Source of the DNA: Octopus bimaculoides
Taxonomy: Eukaryota
NCBI RefSeq assembly: GCF_001194135.2
Contig: NC_068991.1
Location: 29,279,375 to 29,314,698 of the forward strand
DNA length: 35,324 nucleotides
Direction of reading: 5' to 3'
The position numbers and the translations under genes were made by a program. Every line of letters begins with the position of its first letter. Position 1 is the stretch's first letter. Positions 23,574 through 33,479 of this stretch are shown here, piece after piece. A model generated the notes under the pieces. That model was given only the letters and a program-made list of their open reading frames with translations. It was not told the origin of the DNA and ran no database searches.

Positions 23574-23715
23574 CCAGGAAGACAACTTGTAGCAATGTAA
23601 AAGAAACCGTCAGCAATGTTATTAGAATTACAAAAGTTTGAAGTCTTTGAAATTTTCCGAATTGTGTAAGATCAGTAAAGAGACCGTCAAAATTGTATTC
23701 CTTACTCTGTGTCAT
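23574..23715 (-). CDS. Second SLC22-like first coding exon 1b (N-terminal tail plus TM1); alternative first exon or paralogue
   Basis: ATG at 23715; MTQSKEYNFDGLFTDLTQFGKFQRLQTFVILITLLTVSFTLLQVVFL plus G, then donor G|gtaagc at 23574/23573 (142 nt, phase 1). Aligns without gaps to exon 1a from Tyr to the junction Gly: 15/42 identical by manual count. Confidence 0.82.
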
Positions 23716-23756
23716 GCTTCTTCAAATATTATTTAGCAAACGCGTTTCAGCTTATA

Positions 23757-23787
<31 letters not shown>

Positions 23788-23974
23788 CATGTATGTATAT
23801 ATATATGTGTGTGTGTGTGTTTGTATGTTTGTGTCTTTGTATGTGTGTGAGTGTTTGAGTAAATTAAGACATGCGAAGTCAGGTAATATGTATTCAGGTC
23901 ATGGTCTTGTTCCCAAAATACCTCTTACTGTCACCCGTTTTGTCTAGATACGAAATAAACTCATGTAAATGAAT

Positions 23975-23976
23975 GC

Positions 23977-24046
<70 letters not shown>

Positions 24047-24050
24047 TAAT
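23975..24050. repeat. (AAT)n microsatellite
   Basis: Directly visible. Confidence 0.95.
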
Positions 24051-25254
24051 TCGTTTTATTGGCCACAAGGGCTAATATCAATTAAAAACATGTAAGGAAA
24101 AAGACAGGACGAAGGTTACAAAAGGTTTTGTCCGAAAAGGTAAGAAATAATAGGTATGATAGTTAGTCCCAACTTGCCCTATACATAAATTGGCCCACAC
24201 GCTAGAATTTTGGTGAGCTTTCCTGCCTCCCTGTTCGTCTATCTTCTCTTCCCCCTCTATCTACCTCTCTCCCTCTTCCCCTCTTCTTCCAATGGGTTCT
24301 CAGTGGTGCTGAAATCATTCATACGATGATGTGGTTACTTAACAACTTCCCGCCAAAAAATGAGTGAGCTTTTACTAGTGCTTTCTATGCTTACTAAAAC
24401 TTTGAGATGGTTATGTTTATAGACATTATATCTTAAATAAGATTAAGGGTTTATAGATAGAATACAATATAGTTTCTTAAAACTTCTTATACACTTCTTA
24501 GCTATGATAGCTACTTACCGAAGATTCTTTTAAAATCACCCCCGACCCTTAACCTATTGCCAGCTATGTCAAATAACTGTCCAATCAAACCATCTGGATT
24601 AGTAGTTACAAGCCCACTCTTCCATTTAACGCCGCAGCATCAGCAGCAGCTAAACCAACGGTCGTGAATGTGCTATTATTTATTGTCTAAAGAAGTCAGG
24701 GGAAACAATATTAGGACCCCTCGGAATTATTGTAAAACTATAATCATAGTAATAATTTTGAAACTATAGTAGTAAACAAGTAAATAATAAGATAGGGATT
24801 ATAGTAATAATACGGAAATTATAATAGTGAACAATAAATACCCAGAATGATTTAACAAGTGGAGCTGTGAAACCGTCTAGTCGTCGGCAACTAAACCAGC
24901 AAACCCACTAAGCTTGCTGGTGAAGAGGGTGGGTTTTCGACACCCTGCGGGACTAAAAACAAAGCCCGGTAAAGGGCAGAGGAACTTAAAAGAGTCAATG
25001 GTCATTCCGAAAACGAGTAAACAGAACTCGTGAGCCTTGGCTGGCAGTCTGTCTAGGAGAAGGAATAACACTCCTTTGTCACAGTGGTCAAGGCCGACTC
25101 CTACGCGAAACCAACAGGAGAAGTTTGGAAAAAGGCGAGTATCTGGCGCTTCTAAATAACCAGCGCTCCGGGTATGCTGTACTCGTCAGCCTTGGGTAGC
25201 AGGCAGCTTAGGACAAAGAACACTCCAAGCCCCCAAATCGAAGCTCAACTCAAT

Positions 25255-26310
25255 AAACCTTGTGACTGCCACCAGCATATGGGCTGTTGCTGTAGTCCGC
25301 TATAGTGCACCTATCCTGAGATGAACACAGGCGGAGATTGACCAACTCGATCGCACTACCCGAAAGACAATAACAATGCATGGTGCCCTCCACCCTAAGG
25401 CAAAGGTACACAGGCTCTACATGAAGAGAGGTAAGGGTGGATGTGGGCTGATTAGCGTACGGGAGTGCATCAACAGTGAAAGAAGAAACATGGCAGAATA
25501 TTTGGTAAACAGCAAAGAAGACCTGCTACACTATGCTGTTAGTGCAGAAGGAGTTAACGAAAATGGACTTGAGATTGCTCATGAATTTCAAACAGGAACA
25601 GCCGACGAGAGAGAAGAAATCCTGCTCCGTATTGAATTACATGGTCAGTTCTACTGTGAAACCAACAAGGGTGACCTAAAAAAGAATACTGAAAGCTTAA
25701 TCATCCTTGCCCAGGACCAAGCATTGAATACCAACTTCGTGAAAAAGAATATATACCACACAAGTGCATCGGACCTCTGCAGAACGTATGGGACGAGGGT
25801 CGAAAGTGTGACTAACATTGTTATTGCTTGTGAAAGTCTTGCGCAGAAAGAGTACACGCGTAGACACGACAGAGTAGCCAAAAACCTCCACTGGCCACTA
25901 TGCCGTAAGTATGGATATGAGGTTACGGGTGCTTGGTACTAACATACTCCGCAAAAGGTAATGGACGAAAAGCGAAAGACAAAAATCCTCTGGGACTTGA
26001 TTTCCAGACAGACAAAGTGTTAGAGCACAGAAGGCCGGATAGAGTAACCTTTAGGAGGGACAAACAAGATTCCCAAATAGTCGACGTAGCAGTGCCAGGA
26101 GATCAACACATCAACTTGAAAGAAGAGAAAAAGTTAATAAATATGGAGACCTGAGAATTGAGATCGCTAAGATGTGGCAATACCCCCCCCCCCACACACA
26201 CAAAAAAAAAATCTGAAAACCTTAGAAATACCCTACAATCTAGATGTATTGCAAAAGTCGGCATTACTTGGAACTGTACGCATATTGCGTAAAGTACTGT
26301 CTGTCTAATG
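25255..26310 (+). mobile_element. R4/Dong-like (restriction-like endonuclease) non-LTR retrotransposon, 3' fragment
   Basis: AVAVVRYSA...LDRTTRK...MHGALHPKAKVHRLYMKRGKGGCGL (RT thumb/motif 9), ESLIILAQDQALNT, decayed CCHC (CRTYG...ES...NIVIAC), RRHDRVA, KILWD...RRPD...IVDVAVP (PD..D endonuclease), LQKSALLGTVRILRKVL*. Stops and frameshifts. Confidence 0.85.
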
Positions 26311-26329
26311 TCCTTGTTGTGGTCCGCGA

Positions 26330-26520
26330 TTGGGATGGAGATTTTGATCAAGGCAAAACTGGTACCTCTGGAAGAGATCCCCGATCTCATTGAGCTGCCG
26401 AGCGGTGTACAATTTCAGGTCGTGGTGGGAGGTAGAAAACGGAGATGTCACACTTCTGGGTCTAACTTACATTTGAAAGTCCTCTGCCCACAACAACAAA
26501 AGAGAATAAGAGGAATGCCT
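26330..26520 (+). mobile_element. Possible LINE ORF1 (gag-like) fragment
   Basis: IPDLIELPSGVQFQVVVGGRKRRCHTSGSNLHLKVLCP resembles the L1/Tx1-type ORF1 V-x-x-x-G...C-x2-C-x4-H-x4-C knuckle, with the second Cys lost. Confidence 0.4.
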
Positions 26521-27034
26521 GCTCTGCTACCACCGCCGCCACTTTTAGAAGGCCCTTCAATAATTCTATTTCAATAAACGAGACAGCTGAATCACTCCGC
26601 CTACTCAAAACCCATATCTTAAGATGTTTTAGAAATTGATAAGTAAACTAAAAAGTAACCTAAAGTAATCGCCTTTTCAGTTGTAAATCACACACCAAAG
26701 TAGCACCAATTATGTTTTAATGGCGAAGTTTGTAAATTATTTATTTTTGCATTGAAAATGATTATCCAGTGTTATGTTAACATATTATTAACATAGTTGG
26801 GAAGAATGATCAGCCGTCTTTTACTAACTTCATGGTATACTTGGGTGGTAGATTAAGCCTTTGCCAAGCTTAACACCATCATATGGTTCACTGGGGTCTT
26901 AAGCGGAGTCCACTTTGTTACAAGCGTTCGGGACAGGTTTTCCATTTAAGGATACCTTCCTATCTCTCACCAAGGAGTCTCGAAGGCCTCTTAATCGATC
27001 ATGACCACTAAAATCATTTAATGCTAATAACTAT

Positions 27035-27036
27035 AA

Positions 27037-27080
<44 letters not shown>
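27035..27080. repeat. (AGAT)n microsatellite
   Basis: Directly visible. Confidence 0.95.
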
Positions 27081-27081
<1 letters not shown>

Positions 27082-27296
27082 ATAACAGAGAGATTACATC
27101 AACTAACAGTGAAAAGAAGAGAAAGGTTCACACAGAGAGAAAACAAAAGAGAATGCATTTGTTAAAATATGTCATTACATTTTAAATGTCATATTTCAAA
27201 TAAACAATTTGAACACTGAAGAAGTTAGTAGAAAATTAATACAGGCATTTGATGAACATCTGAGAGGTTAGGTCGGTTAGGTCAAATTCCGATTCT

Positions 27297-28720
27297 CACG
27301 AAAACAAAACCAGAACCTCTACATCCTCTTCGTGGACCTGACGAAGGCTTTTGACACAGTAAGCCGAGAGGGCCTGTGGGATATCTTGTCCAAGCTAGGC
27401 TGCCCACCAAAGCTCGTCAGGATCATCCCGTAATTTCATGATGGCATGATGGTTCACATCGTGGAAAACGGAGATGTCTCTGATCCATTCCCGGTCTCCA
27501 ATGGCCTGAAGAAAGGCTGCGTGGTGGCTCCCACACTCTTCAGCCTCATGTTTGCCACCATGCTCTTCCGCGCCCTGCCAAAGTCTGATGCTGGTGTCAC
27601 TATTCGTTACAGATGTGACGGCCGATTTTTTTACCTTAGACGTCTGAAGGCAAAACCCAAAGTCCTGGACGCCCTNNNNNNNNNNNNNNNNNNNNNNNNN
27701 NNNNNNNNNNNNNNNNNNNNNNNNNNNNNNNNNNNNNNNNNNNNNNNNNNNNNNNNNNNNNNNNNNNNNNNNNNNNNNNNNNNNNNNNNNNNNNNNNNNN
27801 NNNNNNNNNNNNNNNNNNNNNNNNNNNNNNNNNNNNNNNNNNNNNNNNNNNNNNNNNNNNNNNNNNNNNNNNNNNNNNNNNNNNNNNNNNNNNNNNNNNN
27901 NNNNNNNNNNNNNNNNNNNNNNNNNNNNNNNNNNNNNNNNNNNNNNNNNNNNNNNNNNNNNNNNNNNNNNNNNNNNNNNNNNNNNNNNNNNNNNNNNNNN
28001 NNNNNNNNNNNNNNNNNNNNNNNNNNNNNNNNNNNNNNNNNNNNNNNNNNNNNNNNNNNNNNNNNNNNNNNNNNNNNNNNNNNNNNNNNNNNNNNNNNNN
28101 NNNNNNNNNNNNNNNNNNNNNNNNNNNNNNNNNNNNNNNNNNNNNNNNNNNNNNNNNNNNNNNNNNNNNNNNNNNNNNNNNNNNNACTTGACCATTTCCA
28201 CCTCCACTGCTTGCGACGAATCGTGGGAATTTCCTGGGAGGACAAATCTCCAACACTGAGGTGCTTCGCAGAGCCGAAATGCCCAGGATCGAAGCCCTCA
28301 TCATGAAGGCCCAGCTCCGGTGGGTCGGACATGTAGTCCGAATGGACGACGCGCGTCTACCAAAAATGATGATCTTCTCTCAGCTGGCTTCTGGAGCAAG
28401 AAACACCTGGAAGGCCACTGGGGCGATATAAGCAAAGCTTGAAAACTTCCCTTGAGGCCTGCGGCATTTCAGCCTGTGGCTGGGAATCCCTTGCCTCTGA
28501 CCGGAGCGCCTGGCATTCAGCTGTCTAAAAGGGTGTTAGGCTGTTCGAGGAAAAGCTCCCCAAGAGCCTGGACCAGAAGCAACAAGCCCGAAAAGAGAGG
28601 ATCCCTAACCCTACTTCTGCTGTTACGTGCCCAACATGTGGCCGCGTCTGCGCATCCGCCTTTGGGTACCACTCCTACGTCCGGCGTCACTAACGTCATT
28701 GTCGAACCCCGACAGACTTC
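27297..28720 (+). mobile_element. RTE clade (BovB-like) LINE, 5'-truncated, gap in the middle of the RT
   Basis: LYILFVDLTKAFDTVSREGLW...GCPPK...FHDGM...NGLKKGCVVAPTLFS...IRYRCDGRFF; after the gap, LHCLRRIVGISWEDK...LRWVGHVVRMDDARLPK...DRSAW...CPTCGRVCASAFGYHSYVRRH* (terminal C2H2-like finger typical of RTE/BovB). In-frame stop and frameshifts present. Confidence 0.9.
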
Positions 28721-30099
28721 CATTATATGTAACTACTTGGACTTTAGGTATATCTCTATTAGTATGTCGATTAAAGCACATCCACCGTTTGAGCTACCTG
28801 ATGTCATCCACAGTTACGATATAATTTTCACTGGATCTACGCCAGGAAATCAGCAGAATTTGTTGAGTTTATAATCAGTGCACTGATTCATGCAACACAA
28901 CTCGATGCACAATATCCTACCCCAATGGGACAGATGCAAGATGGGTCGAAACGATCGTCGTGCTGAATAAAATTCGTACTAAATTCACCTACCGTTTCCT
29001 TCATCAATTATGTGTGTGTGTGTGCGTGCGTTTTGAGACCATGAAAATATTGCAAAATGTAGTACCATATATATTAATATATATTATTTTATTGCCTGGT
29101 ATTTTTTTCTTGCTGCATGTTATTTGATAGCATTATATATACAGAGTTGATCAAAGAATTCTATCTTTACACATGCAGAGATATTATGAACCTACTGTAC
29201 ATTAAATAAATGTACACTTCTGTCAATTAAAAGACCGTATCTGCATAAAATGCTTTGTTTCCCCGATAACAAAATTTCTGACATCGAAACAAAAGAAAAA
29301 AATTAATAGTATGGAACGTTAATTTCGTTAATCGAGCTACTGGTGTATTTGCAAATGACCTAACATTAATTTTCATTAAAAGCAGAACGTACTTTTGTTC
29401 TTATCAAAATCACTTGGCAAATATGCCATGAAGCAAATCTTCATGCATTTTCTTATTTGCACAATCTTCAATACCTTAATTACATTTTTAGTTATGTTAT
29501 TTGACAATTTAAGGATGCATTCTTCTCACTGATTTGTTTACAATCGAATTCCACAACGTACAAATTTTTATTGCTGTAGTTTCGGTAAATCGTGATCTAC
29601 GAAGTTAACATCTTCAAACACCTATTGAGACAGTAATGAACCGGAGTGGTNNNNNNNNNNTTTATCACATCTCTTTTTATCGAGATCTCGCGGTGATTGC
29701 TGCAATATTACCCAAAATAAAATGGATAATATCAAAAAATGAAAGTGGGAAAAATTCTAATTCGGAAACAAATACTGTGTACGCTTGTGTGCATGTTTAT
29801 ATATGTATGCACATACATACATACATACATACATGCATGCATGCATAAGAAAACACACACACACACACACACACACTGACCCACACACATGCGCACAAAC
29901 AAGCAAAAAGGAACGCAGTGTAAATAACGGACAGGGTCAAGACTATTGAAAAGGTTGCAAAACGCAACGAAAATTTAAGGAAAATAAAAATAATGAAAAG
30001 TGGAAATTTTACTGGTGAGTGTGTTAAATTATAAGGCACAAAAAGAAAATGACTCTCCCCAGACACAACAGAGTATATATATATATATATAAGGTGAAT

Positions 30100-31955
30100 G
30101 ACAAGGACCTTTTTGTGTACACAGTCTGTGACAGACCATGCCTGTCTTTGGCTGGCCNNNNNNNNNNNNNNNNNNNNNNNNNNNNNNNNNNNNNNNNNNN
30201 NNNNNNNNNNNNNNNNNNNNNNNNNNNNNNNNNNNNNNNNNNNNNNNNNNNNNNNNNNNNNNNNNNNNNNNNNNNNNNNNNNNNNNNNNNNNNNNNNNNN
30301 NNNNNNNNNNNNNNNNNNNNNNNNNNNNNNNNNNNNNNNNNNNNNNNNNNNNNNNNNNNNNNNNNNNNNNNNNNNNNNNNNNNNNNNNNNNNNNNNNNNN
30401 NNNNNNNNNNNNNNNNNNNNNNNNNNNNNNNNNNNNNNNNNNNNNNNNNNNNNNNNNNNNNNNNNNNNNNNNNNNNNNNNNNNNNNNNNNNNNNNNNNNN
30501 NNNNNNNNNNNNNNNNNNNNNNNNNNNNNNNNNNNNNNNNNNNNNNNNNNNNNNNNNNNNNNNNNNNNNNNNNNNNNNNNNNNNNNNNNNNNNNNNNNNN
30601 NNNNNNNNNNNNNNNNNNNNNNNNNNNNNNNNNNNNNNNNNNNNNNNNNNNNNNNNNNNNNNNNNNNNNNNNNNNNNNNNNNNNNNNNNNNNNNNNNNNN
30701 NNNNNNNNNNNNNNNNNNNNNNNNNNNNNNNNNNNNNNNNNNNNNNNNNNNNNNNNNNNNNNNNNNNNNNNNNNNNNNNNNNNNNNNNNNNNNNNNNNNN
30801 NNNNNNNNNNNNNNNNNNNNNNNNNNNNNNNNNNNNNNNNNNNNNNNNNNNNNNNNNNNNNNNNNNNNNNNNNNNNNTGTCTAGGCGTTCTCTTCTTATG
30901 GCTCTTCGGATGGCTGTAGTTATCCTCTCGCTAAAATAAGGTATTTTAAGGAAGCATGTGTTACTGGGTTTTCTATGTGTTCGGCGTGTTGGTCGTCTGG
31001 GATATTTAAGCCGATTTATAATGGATCTATGATACCCATTGGTTTTCAATATATCTAGGAAGCGTGTAGTATGGGTCACCTTGTCCTCCGTTCTGCTGCA
31101 GTTGCCTTGAATGCGTGCAAGTTCATTTCTGGCGTATCCTATTTTGGCACCGAGTGGAAGTGCTGAATTGTATTGGACAAACATATCTTTACTGGATGTT
31201 TTCCTGTAGAACTCGGTGTGGACCTTCCCTTCTTCCGTTATATTCAGTTTGAATTCTAGTAATAATAGTGATCCAGTGATGTCGGGATGTTCTATAGTGA
31301 AATTTATATTCATGTCCATATTGTTGAACGTCGTGAATATTCTGTCAGCCGCTTCACGGGAGGCTGTGAGTATGAGGATGTAATCTACGTACCTGGTGAA
31401 GAAGGTGCACGAGTGGCAAATGTTGAGTGCTTGATGTTCCAGATGGTTCATATAAGTGATGGCTAGTAGGCCCGAGAGAATGGATCCCATGGGGAGACCT
31501 GTTGTCTGTTTGTATATATGGTCCTGGAAAGAGAAGTAGGTGTTGTCCACGACGATGGACAAAAGTTGATATATATCAGCGGTGGTAAGTTCGAAGCATT
31601 AGATGTTGGACGCTATTATGCAGTCAGTCAATAGGTTGACCGCCGGGTGTGCTGGCACCGTTGTGTACATTGAGACAACGTCAAGACAAAAGGCGTATCT
31701 GTTTTGCCTGAGTTGGTCTAGGAGTAATTAGTGCAGTCTTTTGATGACTTCGTCGGAGTTCTTGTCGTGTCCCGGAAAGGTGGAGAGTATGGGTTTCAGA
31801 ATGTGAGAAAGTAACCAGGATATTTTATTTTGAGGTCCTTCCACGCTGGAGACGATGGATTTAATCTGGATCGTGTGGCTATTCTTGTGTTTTAATGAGG
31901 TGATAAAATCTGGGTAACCTACCGTTCTTTGTGGTGAAGTTGTTCTTGAATGTAT
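30100..31955 (-). mobile_element. Penelope/Poseidon-type PLE reverse transcriptase, 5'-truncated; endonuclease region probably in the gap at 30158-30877
   Basis: LDVVSMYTTVP, NTYFSFQDHIYKQTTGLPMGSILSGLLAITYM, RYVDYIL (from RYVDD), INFTIE...LLEF, YRK...YNSALP, NGY...KIPY. Stops upstream and a mutated catalytic Asp show it is inactive. Confidence 0.88.
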
Positions 31956-31961
31956 TATGTA

Positions 31962-32512
31962 CTAGCAGTATAACCCGACCTTGTCCGGGCGTGACTTATT
32001 ACGCCATCTACGATAAGTCTTGCTAGGTGAAAATCAACTAAAAAAGAAAGCCTTACAACGAAAAAACCCTTATGATTTAAATATGTTCATAATTCAAACG
32101 ACGATAAAATTAATAGGGAAAGTCTGATGGCTGTTTTGCGTAAAATTATTAAGCGTACGTAAATTTCATCATTCTAATTGGCTATAGAAATGCTTGTGCA
32201 AAACAACTTTTTGCGCTGCCCTGATTATACATAGTATGGTAATCCCTTTTCGCAGGAGCTAGGACAGAAATTTGTGATGAAGCAATTGCTGGCGATCTGT
32301 TGCTACACAGTTTTGCCAGAATTCTATCAGATTAGACAGAAGATGTTGATGCACCATCTTGCATTATGTTCAAAGTAGCTTTTGGAATGTGGTGAATTGC
32401 TGCAGTCTGGTGCTGCCATTTTAAACCGGTTGCTGTCTTTCCCCAGCAAACTCTCTTCTTTGGAGGCATAATCTATGTATATATTAAACAGAACAACAAA
32501 AGTTATAATAGA
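31962..32512 (-). mobile_element. Probable non-autonomous Helitron (about 550 bp)
   Basis: Minus strand: A|TCTATTATAA at 32513/32512; 3' end cccggacaaggtcggg hairpin plus ttatactgCTAG|T at 31962/31961 (A-T target). It contains a short ATG CCT CCA AAG AAG AGA (MPPKKR) start at 32469, like many Helitron Rep-Hel N-termini. The 5' end assignment is less certain. Confidence 0.55.
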
Positions 32513-32571
32513 TGGCAGGGTCGGTACTTTTCACATATCTGTAATTTTTCAGATTAACACCCGCACGATTA

Positions 32572-32733
32572 CCCAACTCTAATCCTAAACCTAATCCTAA
32601 CCCTAACCCTAACACTAACCCTAAACCCTAAACCTAACCCTAAAACCCTAACCCTGACCCTAAAACCCCAACCGTAACACTAATCCTAACCCTAAACGTA
32701 ACCCGAACCCTAAACCCTAAGCCTAACACCCTA
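32572..32733. repeat. Degenerate (CCCTAA)n telomere-like array (TTAGGG on minus strand)
   Basis: About 25 units of ccctaa and variants (cctaaa, cactaa, ccctga, ccgtaa, cccgaa). Confidence 0.85.
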
Positions 32734-33479
32734 GTGAAAATCGTGGTATATCTACAAACCATTGACGAACATGACTTATATTTTACTGAATGATTGTGTA
32801 TTTGCACGTTTATGCGTTTGAGAGAGCGAGAGAGGAAGAGGTAGAGAGAGGGGGAGAAAGGAATAGCGGTAGTTAAAAGTTTTCTTATAACGACTTCTCT
32901 TCACTGCCTATTACTTCATAAGAAATCTAAGGATGCACATATGCACATAATAGAGAAAAATGAAACAAATATGGACGACTTGCTCCGAAACACCACCGAG
33001 TGGGGAACACTTCTCAAAAATAACCTGCAGTTGTTTCTTTCAAAATTCCTACATGTCCAAAATGTACATACATCAAGGTGTATTAGTAGAAAATTTCACG
33101 AAAAAATATTCATTTTCCTGGAGGTTAAGAGGAATTAAATTGGAATTTCCGAAAATTGTCCTACACCCCTCCCAAAACACTTTCACCGAAATTTTTTGTA
33201 TATTCGGAATCTAAATAATAAATAATNNNNNNNNNNNNNNNNNNNNNNNNNNNNNNNNNNNNNNNNNNNNNNNNNNNNNNNNNNNNNNNNNNNNNNNNNN
33301 NNNNNNNNNNNNNNNNNNNNNNNNNNACTCATTTCATACTAGGAGCTAACAAGTTTCTTTCATGAGCCTCCTGCATTTTGTCGTCTCAGAATACAGTCAG
33401 TTCTCAGAATCTAAGATGATGACTATGTCTGGACGAAGTGTCGTTAGTATGATGTGCTTAACAAAATCTATTCATGGTT

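Noticed and set aside
30100-30157. Possible hammerhead 3' half at the 3' end of the Penelope element (gacag-gcatggt-ctgtc hairpin)
   Set aside because: GAAA is not intact and the CUGANGA half would lie in the gap, so it cannot be assessed.
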